Source of the DNA: Leptonemataceae bacterium
GTDB lineage: Bacteria > Spirochaetota > Leptospiria > Leptospirales > Leptonemataceae
Direction of reading: 5' to 3'
NCBI GenBank assembly: GCA_965227295.1
Contig: OZ245742.1
Span: 5,184,001-5,248,000 of the forward strand
DNA length: 64,000 bases
Shown: piece by piece, positions 9,806-18,879 of the stretch
Position numbering within the stretch: position 1 is the stretch's first letter
Layout of the letters: each line of letters opens with the position of its first letter
Notes under the pieces: generated by a model
What the model saw: only the letters and a program-made list of their open reading frames with translations
Databases searched by the model: none
What the model was told of the DNA's origin: nothing
Position numbers and translations under genes: made by a program

Positions 9806-10150
9806 ATGAAGCTGGAACATGAAAATTACTCGGCCGAGCTGATTGACAATCACACCGTAAAACTCAGAGGGACGTTCCGCCTCCAGGGCAAGGACCACTA
9901 TATGGAGATCATGGGTCTGCTGGAAGACGCCATCAAACTGGCCGACGGTACGCTCACCATCGATATGACCGACCTGAATTTTCTCAACAGCTCGGGCATC
10001 TCTTCACTGAGTATCTTTATCATCCAGGCGCGCGAGGCCGGTCACAAGAAAATCCGCATCATCGGCTCCAGCCGACACTCCTGGCAGGCCAAATCCCTGA
10101 AGAATTTCCAGAAACTCTGGCGCAGCATCGAAATCGAAGTTCGCGACTAA
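9806..10150 (+). CDS. STAS-domain protein (slr1659/SiaC-like anti-anti-sigma type)
   Basis: IDMTDLNFLNSSGISSL phospho-Ser motif; WQAKSLKNFQKL. Confidence 0.85.
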   Translation: MKLEHENYSAELIDNHTVKLRGTFRLQGKDHYMEIMGLLEDAIKLADGTLTIDMTDLNFLNSSGISSLSIFIIQAREAGHKKIRIIGSSRHSWQAKSLKNFQKLWRSIEIEVRD

Positions 10151-10199
10151 TTTTACTTTTCTCCAGATTCGCCTGTGGGGGCCTGTCCGTACCGCCCCC

Positions 10200-11126
10200 A
10201 TGCAAGAATTGAATCTCCGTGACATTGTCGCCGAAACGGCGCGAAACTCCATAGAGGAGGCCGCCCTGGAACTTGCCCCCGGGCCGCTGAATTTCGACAC
10301 CGCCCCGGACGGGGACTGGAACGACCTGCTCGAACGCGATCAATTCCGTCACGGCCTGCTTTACGAGCTTAAACGCGTCCGCCTGCTGCTTCGTGAAGGG
10401 GGGCGGCTACAGATCCGCCTGAGGCGCCCGGATGATTGTCATGAACACTACGCCCGTAACTTTGACGCCGTGCTCGTGAAAGCCGGGTTCACCACGGTGT
10501 CGTTTCGTGAGGATATCGTGGAGACCCGGAAGCGCCCGTTGATTCACGTCGGCCCTCTCGAACACCGGCTCTTTGTGCGCGAGCTGGAGCAGCCCGAAGC
10601 AATTCAGGCCTGTCACGACTTCGCAAAAGAAATCTTCTACTATAAAGATCTGATTTACGATACGGAAATCCGCCGGCAGTTCAATCCCAACTCAGATTAT
10701 TTCGGTGTTTTTGATGAAAACGGTGAAATGCTGAGCATGCTCGCCGCAACGTCCCGCCTGCCCGAGTATTTCTGCCCCTTTCAGTACTGCGAAACTGCCG
10801 ACGGTACCCGGCCGGCCATCCGCGCGGACTATCGCCGGGTCGACGAAATCACGATCGCCCATCGCGAAGGCAAGATCGGAGTTTCGGCCTACAAACTATT
10901 AATGAAAGCATTCTTCAATTTTCTCTGTGATGTTGCGCATCCGGACGCGTTCGTGCTTTGCTGTGAATCGGACGACCGCTTCACGGCGGAGTACTACAAG
11001 AATAAATTTTTAATGACCGAGATCGGCGTACGGTTGACCTATCACAACTCCGGTACTACCTGGAACGTACTGCTCGGTGACCGGCTGGAAGAACTTTGCC
11101 CGAGACGGGCGACTCTCTTCGAATAG
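10200..11126 (+). CDS. Putative GNAT-fold N-acyltransferase with degenerate methyltransferase-like N-terminus, paralogue A2
   Basis: Aligns with 6828-7775 (FAKEIFY/FAKKVYY, RQFNPNSD/RQFDLHSD, HREGKIGVSAYKLLM/HQEGKLGVIAYKHLM, YYKNKF/YYKTRY). Confidence 0.5.
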   Translation: MQELNLRDIVAETARNSIEEAALELAPGPLNFDTAPDGDWNDLLERDQFRHGLLYELKRVRLLLREGGRLQIRLRRPDDCHEHYARNFDAVLVKAGFTTVSFREDIVETRKRPLIHVGPLEHRLFVRELEQPEAIQACHDFAKEIFYYKDLIYDTEIRRQFNPNSDYFGVFDENGEMLSMLAATSRLPEYFCPFQYCETADGTRPAIRADYRRVDEITIAHREGKIGVSAYKLLMKAFFNFLCDVAHPDAFVLCCESDDRFTAEYYKNKFLMTEIGVRLTYHNSGTTWNVLLGDRLEELCPRRATLFE

Positions 11127-11173
11127 GTCCCGAGGATGCGGTACTCCGGATCGCACCGGAGCGGGAACCCAAT

Positions 11174-11734
11174 ATGAACAGCGGTCAATCAGATACGGCC
11201 CGAATCGACGAGCACCTCGGTGACAGCATCGACATGGAGCAGGACACGGAAAACCTGTTCACGCTCTCCTTTCTGCCGTTGGACATCTTCGATCACTGGG
11301 ACCGCTGCGGGGACATCGCCGATTTTGTAGCGCGCTTCTTCCGTTACAGCTTTGCCGCCCACTCCAGTTACAATATCATTTCCACCGTCGTCAATGAACT
11401 CACCGAAAACGCGGTGAAGTATTCGCGCAACAAATCTTCGCCTATCTATCTGGAAGCCCGTAAGCGCGGCGAACAACTAATCATCTCCATGACCAACGCC
11501 CTGCCGCGCAATCAACGGGAACACTTTGCAGCTGTGGGTCGGGAGTTATTCGAGAAAGACCTGGAACAGCTCTATCTGGAAAAACTCACAATCGGGAAGG
11601 ACGATCGCTCCTTTTCCGGAATCGGCCTGGTCTTACTGAAAAAAGACTATGATGTCTCCCTCAGCATGGACTTCCTCGTCAACGGAGCGGGTGATCTGCT
11701 CGTCTGCATCACCATAGAGCTGGACACTTTCTAA
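11174..11734 (+). CDS. SiaB/slr1658-like kinase, copy K2
   Basis: Near-identical blocks with K1: SFLPLDIFD.WDRCGDIADF, ENAVKYSRNKSSPI, PRNQREHF, GKDDRSFSGIGL. Confidence 0.7.
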   Translation: MNSGQSDTARIDEHLGDSIDMEQDTENLFTLSFLPLDIFDHWDRCGDIADFVARFFRYSFAAHSSYNIISTVVNELTENAVKYSRNKSSPIYLEARKRGEQLIISMTNALPRNQREHFAAVGRELFEKDLEQLYLEKLTIGKDDRSFSGIGLVLLKKDYDVSLSMDFLVNGAGDLLVCITIELDTF

Positions 11735-11836
11735 GGTCACCAACAGAAAGAAAGAACGAGGCGGCTAAAAAAACGCGGCACGTTCGGCAGAATCTGTGCC
11801 CTCTTCCTTTGTAGCTATCTACACAGGAGAGACTCC

Positions 11837-12442
11837 ATGATCCCCGGCCCCACCCGTTACCAACCGCAGCTAATGTTCAGTCGCCGCCCGCACATCCGTG
11901 GGCAACGAGAGTCGCCGTGCACGTTGTTGATCCCTGGACAGTATGTGGCCGACCTGGAGGACCGATTACGTAACCGCGACTGCGGCCTCAGCCGTTACGT
12001 GCGGCTCCTCGTGCGACGCTATCGGCCGGTCTGCCTCCAACATGGATTACCGCAGGCCGGTGGTCTCAAACGTTGTTATCAATCTCCAGGCAATTCCCTG
12101 CTCAAGAAGTCCTGTCGGATTGACGCCGAAACCTGGGCCGAACTCGGCCAGATTGCAGCGTTTTTCGGTATGTCGAGATGTCTGGTTTTCGTTTGGTTGT
12201 TGAAGCTCGATCTCGCAGGGGGGCATGATACATTTGCCGGAGTTCCTACAAATGCGCTGGAGAGCTATGATTGCGATTACCCATCCTGCATAGAATTAAC
12301 CGAAAGAGTATACCCGTGGCAGAACCATATCGAAAGAAGGCTGAGATTGAAGCCGCGCCGACGAAAACATCTACCGTGGGATCTGGAGTTCAGCTATTTT
12401 GGAATCCGACGCCCCTCTCGGACAGGTCAAACGCGCAGATAG
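11837..12442 (+). CDS. DUF1564-like protein (Leptospira-type paralogous family)
   Basis: YQ..G, W.ELG..A...G.SRC..F..LL.LD signature; AGGAG RBS upstream. Confidence 0.7.
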   Translation: MIPGPTRYQPQLMFSRRPHIRGQRESPCTLLIPGQYVADLEDRLRNRDCGLSRYVRLLVRRYRPVCLQHGLPQAGGLKRCYQSPGNSLLKKSCRIDAETWAELGQIAAFFGMSRCLVFVWLLKLDLAGGHDTFAGVPTNALESYDCDYPSCIELTERVYPWQNHIERRLRLKPRRRKHLPWDLEFSYFGIRRPSRTGQTRR

Positions 12443-12454
12443 GCGCAAGCCAGT

Positions 12455-15034
12455 CTATCCGCATAGCTTTGTGATCTGCACCTGCGTATTCCAGGTATCC
12501 GGAGGCAGTTGCAGATATACTCCGAGCAAATCCGCAACGGAAATAGCACCCAGTGCCGGCGGATCGATTTCAAATTCAACGCGCTGCGCATCGAGGTGAA
12601 CAGCGGATAATGCGAGACCAAGGCGGCGTTCCACGGTTTTCATGTTGCTCTGTCCGCGCGCCAGCTTCTTGAGCTTTTTCTTCTTTCGCTCGCGCTTCTC
12701 AAAGACAATCGTTGCCGGAGCTTCCATCAGCCGACGCGCAATTTCCTCCGCCTGTGCTGCCCCGGAAAAAATCAGACGATATTTCTTGCGGCTCTCGTTC
12801 ACCTCCCGGGGCTTCGGCAGATGTTCGACAAATTTCAGCGAACGTAATTCCAGACCTGGCGGCAAATGATGTAGGAACTCCTTCCGTAGAGTCTCCAGAT
12901 CCACATCATCCGCCGCTTGAAAAAGCTCCACGAACAGCGTCTCCGACTCCGAAGCAAAGAACAATGGCAGCGAATCGAAGAAGTGAAACTTCTCCCGCTT
13001 GTTGAAGCCCTGGGTAAATGTCATGGGCAGCCCCAAACGCCGGCAGGCCTTACGCAGGACCTCCGCCGTTTCCAGATGCGAAACATAGATGAACGGATCC
13101 AGCTTCGCGAACTCAATGGCCAGCAGCGACTTCGTAACGAATTTATGCTCCGGAATCGTCACCGGCTGTAGGAGCTCCGGCGGAAAGTCCGACGGCACCA
13201 GTTCCTGCGGATGCGGCGGATTCATGTTGTCTTCATTGATGCTTTCGAACTTCTGAAAGTCCCGGCTCAGGATCTCCAGAGACGCACCACGGCCCTCGAT
13301 GAGATCATGCCAGGGCACCGCACTACCGCCGGGCTTCGCCTCCATCCAGAGAACACGTGTTTCTTCCGGTAGCTCCGCGAAGATCCCGTCCCACACGTCC
13401 GGGCGATAGCCGTCGTCCCAGGAATCGAAACGCGCGCCGCGGCGATACGCTTCCAGAATCAGACGACCGGCCCGGTGATCACTCCTGGACAGCAGTCCTT
13501 CCAAATACGCCATCCCCGGCTCCGGTCCCTTCAATGAAACTCGTTTACTGGTCAGACCGGCACGAATCCGACGCAGGCCGTCCTGGAAGTACTCCGGCGT
13601 CGCCTGTTTCTCCCACTGAAACGTCGTAAACGGTTTCGGCACAAACAACGACACGGTCACATTTACTTTCTTGCGCGGCCCGCATTCCTCGGCCAGGCGA
13701 CCGAGATCGTTCAACGCGCGGATTAAGTCCTCCACTTCGCGACCGTCGCGATCGGGTAAACCCATCATGAAATAAACTTTGACCAGGTCCCAGCCGCGAC
13801 CGAACACCTGGCGAATCAAATAGTGCAGGTTTTCTTCGGATGATTTTTTACGAATGCGTTCGCGTTGCAGCTCACCACCGGCTTCCAGGGCGAACGTAAT
13901 GTTCGAGCGCCGGATGCCCGAGGTCATCTCCAGCACCGGAATGGTTTTGACCTGCACACGCAAACTCGGCAGCGACAGCGACACGCCGTCCGGCCCGTAT
14001 GCGTTCGCCATGTCGACGACGAGTTCTTCCAGCCACGGATAGTCCGCGATCGAAAGGCTGTGCAGTGAGATCGAATCATGACCGGTACGCTTGAGCAGAT
14101 CGCCGGCGGTCTTCACAAGTGTGGCAACCTCGGAGTTTCGCACAGGACGTTTCCAGAACCCGGCATGACAGAATCGGCAACCCTGGCCGCAGCCCCGGGC
14201 CACCTCCACCACCACGCGGTCCTGCGTGATCTCGATGTTCGGCACGATGACGTTTTGACTCGCGGCGAAATTCAGCGAGCGGTAGTTGCGTTTGTTGATT
14301 TGTTTACCGGAGTAGAGCGGATATTCGCCGCCGCCCCGCTCGCTGATATCATAAAACGCCGGTAACATCAAGCCTTCGACTTCGCGCAGGTCTTCGAGAA
14401 TTTCATCGCGGCTCTTGCCCGCGCGTTTGCCCGCGGCAATCACTTCGCAGATCTCCACCAGGCCTTCTTCGCCGTCGCCGAAGAACACACCGTCCATGAA
14501 ATCGAACAGCGGCAGCGGATTCGACACCGCCGTCCCGCCGGTAATGATAAAGGGATCCTGCGACCCACGCTCGCTCTGCAAGATGGGAATGCCGGCCAGG
14601 TCCAGAGCATAGCAGAGGTTCGTGTAGTGCAACTCGTGGGCGGTGTTAAAGCCCCAGACATCGAAGGACTTCACCGCCAGAAAACGATCGAGAGAATAGA
14701 GCGGAATGCCGGCGGCCTGCAATTCATCGCCGAAGTCCGACCAGGGCAGATACGCGCGGTCTGCGTAGAACTCATCACGCCGATTGACATGATCGTAGAG
14801 CAGCTTCAGGCCCTCATTGGACATCCCGAGTTCGTAGGTGTCCGGATAGGACAGCACGACGCGGACCTCCGCCCGGTGCGGATCTTTTTCGGGAATGCCG
14901 AACTCGCCGCCGACGTAACGTCCAGGCTTCTCCACGCGCTGCAACAACGGTCGCACGGCGGCGCGATCGACGAACTGCAGCTCGGGAGCAAACGCAACGC
15001 GATTGCGGGGAACAGACGGACTTTGAACGGACAT
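12455..15034 (-). CDS. Radical SAM protein (TIGR03960-like) fused to a C-terminal TIGR03936/DUF2344-like domain
   Basis: KPGRYVGGE, YPDTYELGMSN, EVARGCGQGCRFC (CxxxCxxC), SLPSLR, FVPKPFT; C-terminal YVSHLE...FTQGFN. Confidence 0.88.
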   Translation of the reverse strand: MSVQSPSVPRNRVAFAPELQFVDRAAVRPLLQRVEKPGRYVGGEFGIPEKDPHRAEVRVVLSYPDTYELGMSNEGLKLLYDHVNRRDEFYADRAYLPWSDFGDELQAAGIPLYSLDRFLAVKSFDVWGFNTAHELHYTNLCYALDLAGIPILQSERGSQDPFIITGGTAVSNPLPLFDFMDGVFFGDGEEGLVEICEVIAAGKRAGKSRDEILEDLREVEGLMLPAFYDISERGGGEYPLYSGKQINKRNYRSLNFAASQNVIVPNIEITQDRVVVEVARGCGQGCRFCHAGFWKRPVRNSEVATLVKTAGDLLKRTGHDSISLHSLSIADYPWLEELVVDMANAYGPDGVSLSLPSLRVQVKTIPVLEMTSGIRRSNITFALEAGGELQRERIRKKSSEENLHYLIRQVFGRGWDLVKVYFMMGLPDRDGREVEDLIRALNDLGRLAEECGPRKKVNVTVSLFVPKPFTTFQWEKQATPEYFQDGLRRIRAGLTSKRVSLKGPEPGMAYLEGLLSRSDHRAGRLILEAYRRGARFDSWDDGYRPDVWDGIFAELPEETRVLWMEAKPGGSAVPWHDLIEGRGASLEILSRDFQKFESINEDNMNPPHPQELVPSDFPPELLQPVTIPEHKFVTKSLLAIEFAKLDPFIYVSHLETAEVLRKACRRLGLPMTFTQGFNKREKFHFFDSLPLFFASESETLFVELFQAADDVDLETLRKEFLHHLPPGLELRSLKFVEHLPKPREVNESRKKYRLIFSGAAQAEEIARRLMEAPATIVFEKRERKKKKLKKLARGQSNMKTVERRLGLALSAVHLDAQRVEFEIDPPALGAISVADLLGVYLQLPPDTWNTQVQITKLCG

Positions 15035-15176
15035 ACGCTCAGGAAATCCAGACCCGGCGCGTTTTACACGCAAAAAATCATGCACGGGCCGCACGGATCC
15101 GCCGGCCGCGTGACGGAGTTCCTACCGGGTCGGTATTCTTACCGGGTCCCTGCCCCAACTGGTCATGTCGGTGTTC

Positions 15177-16571
15177 CTACCGAACCACCGTCAAACCGGA
15201 GCCGTCGAGGTTCACGAGCAGGATCGCCTCCAGCGTCAGACGATAGGGCCGGCGCGTGTAGTCCGTCCTGGTCAATTCGATTCTCAGCCGCCCGTCGGGG
15301 GTCCACGCATCCCGGCGGTGCAACGGCACACCTAAATCAATCTCGCCCCGCTCTACGATCCGCACCACCGAACCGTCGCCCACATTCACCGCATTGATAT
15401 CCGCAAGCCGCGACTGATACACAATCCGCGAACCGTCGGGGCTCCAGCCCAACGGCGAATCCAGAAACGGTGAGAAGCTGAGAACAGCCAGCTCCGTCTG
15501 CCCGGAACCATCCGCGTTCATAACGTGAAGCCTCGCGGTCGCGTGCAGCGAGGACGAATCCTTGCGAATGAACGCGATCCGCGAACCGTCCGGCGACCAG
15601 ACCGGCGACCAATCTTCCGCGGCGTCGTTCGTAAGATTCGTTACCCCGCTGCCATCCGCGTTGACCACATAGATTTCGCGATCCCCGGACTGACCACTGG
15701 AGACCAGGAACTGCGAACTATCCGGCGACCATACCGGATGCCCGCCGAAAGCAAGCGACGCATTCACGCGATTGTTCCCGTCCGCGTCGACGACGTCGCC
15801 GTCGGCAAAGAGGATCTTCGATCCGTCGGGAGACCACTGCATCGGCGCGTCCCCGTCCAATTGGACCAACGTATTACCGTCAACCGAGGCGAGCCAGTAC
15901 TCATCCTCCTCGTAGAGCCAGCAACCGTTTCCATAGTACGTGTAATAGATGCAAAAAGAATCGGGAAGCTTGAGCCGCTCCCAGTTATAGATCAAGCGGC
16001 TGCTGTCCGGAGACCATTCCATATCCCCGGCCCCGACTCCCGCGGTGCGAGTGTGCAGCGCGATACGATTCGCCGGGTCGTTGACATCGGCCACGTACAC
16101 GGTCCCCTCCGAAATCGGCGGCAGTGCGCGGAGGTCGCTGTGCCACAGCAGCGGAACGTACTGCGTGTATACGATCTTGTTCCCGTCCGGCGCGAGGGAC
16201 GGATCCGTGCTGTCGTAGCGGTCGTTATCGTACGTAAAACGCAGCCTCGTGCCGTCCGGGTAAGATAAATAGATTTCATGATACACTAGCCAGCGCGCTT
16301 CGAGTCCGGAGAGGGGATTCCCACGCACACGCGTGGTCTCACGGCTGATCAGTTCATGCCGGGCCGGCAGGGCGAAAACCCGCGTCTCCGCGCCGGCATC
16401 GTAAACGGTGTCCACGGGTTCGATCGGCGGCAGCCCGACTCCGCTGCCTGGATTCAGTATCGCGAGCAACAGATACTCCTCGGTCGTGACCCCGTCATTA
16501 TCCTGAGTGCACGCACCCATCACTAATGCGAACACAGCAATACTTAAGAATTTCGCCCTGCAAAAAGACAT
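15177..16571 (-). CDS. TolB-like beta-propeller lipoprotein (PD40 repeats)
   Basis: Lipobox VMGAC; multiple WSPDGS/WSPDSS repeats. Confidence 0.85.
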   Translation of the reverse strand: MSFCRAKFLSIAVFALVMGACTQDNDGVTTEEYLLLAILNPGSGVGLPPIEPVDTVYDAGAETRVFALPARHELISRETTRVRGNPLSGLEARWLVYHEIYLSYPDGTRLRFTYDNDRYDSTDPSLAPDGNKIVYTQYVPLLWHSDLRALPPISEGTVYVADVNDPANRIALHTRTAGVGAGDMEWSPDSSRLIYNWERLKLPDSFCIYYTYYGNGCWLYEEDEYWLASVDGNTLVQLDGDAPMQWSPDGSKILFADGDVVDADGNNRVNASLAFGGHPVWSPDSSQFLVSSGQSGDREIYVVNADGSGVTNLTNDAAEDWSPVWSPDGSRIAFIRKDSSSLHATARLHVMNADGSGQTELAVLSFSPFLDSPLGWSPDGSRIVYQSRLADINAVNVGDGSVVRIVERGEIDLGVPLHRRDAWTPDGRLRIELTRTDYTRRPYRLTLEAILLVNLDGSGLTVVR

Positions 16572-16638
16572 AGCTCCCCCACGACCGCTGAACGCGGTTC
16601 ATTCCGGATTGTGATCATTCATTGATTGGCGGAAAAGT

Positions 16639-17670
16639 TCAGTACACGGCGCGCACGGCGATGGAGTGCACCTCAACGCGTCCCAGGCGAATCGTGTGCA
16701 ACTGTGTGCTGCGAAGATTGCGAAAGAGCACCTGACCGCCGTCCGCCGACCAGAAGGGCGGCCCCGGCTCTATCTTCGCCGTCCCGCTCAACACCGAGCG
16801 TTGCTCGCTGCCGTCCGCCTGCATCAGAAAGAGATCGTAGCGACGCGTCGATGCGTTGTAGCGCCGGAAGGCGATCCTGTTGCCGTCCGGCGACCAGCGC
16901 GGGTACGAGTCGTTCGCGGCGTGCTGCGAAAGATTGCGCGGGCTCGTTCCGTCGGCGTTCATTACGAAGATTTCACTGTTGCCCTGGACCTCGCGCACGT
17001 GCAGGATCCGCGATCCGTCCGGCGACCAGCGCGGCGTGCTCCAGACGACGCCGGCGGAGTCACCGGTCAATCGTCGCCGCCCCGTACCGTCGGCATTCAA
17101 CGTATAGATGTCCCCCGCGTCCTGGTAGAGCAGCTTCGAACCGTCCGGGGCCCAGGCGTAGTCACTGGCGAAGTCGCTGCGCCCCTCATCCAGGCGGACG
17201 TGCACGGAACCATCGAGGGCCGTAAGAAAATAACGCTTCCGGGAGCGTACAGAACACGAGCGCTGCACACAGGATTGATAGAGATCCGGCCAGTTGTAGA
17301 TCAAACGACTGCCGTCGGGTGACCACTGAAAGTCTTCGGGGATGGCCTCGGTCCGGCTCCGGGCAATCAGCCGGCGCTCGGCCCCGTCGTCGCTTTTGCC
17401 GGCAGGGACGACGTAGAGCGCGGCGTCAGGGTTCTCCTCCGGGCTGTTCGCAATACTGCGGGCCTGGCCCTGGAAATCCACGACGACCTCCAGCCGCCAG
17501 CGACCATCCGGGGAAACACCGGCCTCGGTCGGGCCGGAATCACCGCCGACCACCCGCGGCGCACCGGCGCGGTCCGCACCGGCACCGTCCGCACCGAAGC
17601 AGGCCACGGCAAACAGGCCCGCCAGTGTCGCCGCAAAGAGTGCACCCGAAATATCCCGAAGACGAATCAT
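16639..17670 (-). CDS. TolB-like beta-propeller lipoprotein (PD40 repeats), paralogue
   Basis: Lipobox FAVAC; WSPDGS repeats; shares RLIYNW with the neighbouring gene. Confidence 0.85.
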   Translation of the reverse strand: MIRLRDISGALFAATLAGLFAVACFGADGAGADRAGAPRVVGGDSGPTEAGVSPDGRWRLEVVVDFQGQARSIANSPEENPDAALYVVPAGKSDDGAERRLIARSRTEAIPEDFQWSPDGSRLIYNWPDLYQSCVQRSCSVRSRKRYFLTALDGSVHVRLDEGRSDFASDYAWAPDGSKLLYQDAGDIYTLNADGTGRRRLTGDSAGVVWSTPRWSPDGSRILHVREVQGNSEIFVMNADGTSPRNLSQHAANDSYPRWSPDGNRIAFRRYNASTRRYDLFLMQADGSEQRSVLSGTAKIEPGPPFWSADGGQVLFRNLRSTQLHTIRLGRVEVHSIAVRAVY

Positions 17671-17816
17671 TATGAAACTCCATCCCCGTACAACCGGGGC
17701 CACGTCTCATGTACCCGAGAACCCACTAATCGTCTCAAAAAAAATGATGAAACCTCCAGCGACCGGAAGGTGCAGTTTGTATTGCGGCCTGGACATACCT
17801 GCCGTATTTCGGGCGG

Positions 17817-18854
17817 ATGCAAGACTCCTCGAACCGCAATTACATTCGGCTGTCGGCCCTCGGCGTGTTAGTGGTCGCCCTGGCGGCCTATCTGCTCTAC
17901 GATCCGCTGCCCTACGAGTACGAGCCGCAGCCCCTGCCCGACACCTTCGAGGAGTTCCTACAGCAAAAGCTCGAAGCCAGTGAGGCCGCCGGCACCCGGG
18001 AATTCAACGAGGAGAAGCTCATCCGCTACGCCCCGAAGACCGAGTATGCCGTGCTCTACATCCACGGCTTCGGCGCCTCCCGGGGCGAAGGCGAGTACGT
18101 CTTCGATCGTGTCGCCGAAAAGCTCCAGGCCAACACCTATTACATGCGCCTGCCCGGCCACGGCACAAACAAAGAGGATCACGCAAACACGACCTACAAG
18201 GACTACCTCGATTCCGTGGAAGAAGCGTTCGCGATGATGCCGAAGCTCGGCGATCGCATCCTCATCGGCGGCTGCAGCACCGGGGCCACCCTTGCCACGT
18301 ATCTCGCTTCGAAGTACCCCGAGCGTGTGGCCGGGTTGATCCTGGTCTCGCCGTTCTACGAATTCCGCGATCCGACCACGTCGACCATCGCGGGCATGCC
18401 CGGCGGGGAGACGATCATCACGACGGTGATGGGCGAGGTTCGCGACGCCCGCTGGCCCGAGGACGATCCGGAAAACCGCAAGGTCGAAGGTTACGACGGC
18501 CGCTGGTTAACGGAGCAGTACTATAGTGCCGTCGTCCGCCTGAACGCCCTGCGCGCCTACGTCGCAAAGGACCACATCTACGGCCGCATCATCGCCCCGA
18601 CGCTCATGCTTTATTACTACAAGGACGAAGAACACCAGGACACGGTCGTCAGCGTAGAGGCCATGCTCGCGGCCCTCGCAAAGTTCGGTGAACTCCAGGA
18701 ACAGGGACCGCATCCGCTCAACCGCGCCGTAGCCGTCGAGGACGCCAATCACATCATGATCAGCGAGTTCGTACGCACGGATAAGGACTTCATCATGCAA
18801 ACGATCAACGCGTTTCTGGACGATCTCGTACAGTACGAGCAGGACAGTAAGTAA
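17817..18854 (+). CDS. Membrane-anchored alpha/beta hydrolase (carboxylesterase/lipase-like)
   Basis: N-terminal TM, YIHGFG, LPGHG, G-C-S-T-G nucleophile elbow, C-terminal His (ANH). Confidence 0.85.
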   Translation: MQDSSNRNYIRLSALGVLVVALAAYLLYDPLPYEYEPQPLPDTFEEFLQQKLEASEAAGTREFNEEKLIRYAPKTEYAVLYIHGFGASRGEGEYVFDRVAEKLQANTYYMRLPGHGTNKEDHANTTYKDYLDSVEEAFAMMPKLGDRILIGGCSTGATLATYLASKYPERVAGLILVSPFYEFRDPTTSTIAGMPGGETIITTVMGEVRDARWPEDDPENRKVEGYDGRWLTEQYYSAVVRLNALRAYVAKDHIYGRIIAPTLMLYYYKDEEHQDTVVSVEAMLAALAKFGELQEQGPHPLNRAVAVEDANHIMISEFVRTDKDFIMQTINAFLDDLVQYEQDSK

Positions 18855-18879
18855 AACTGAAATACGATTACGCGCCGGC

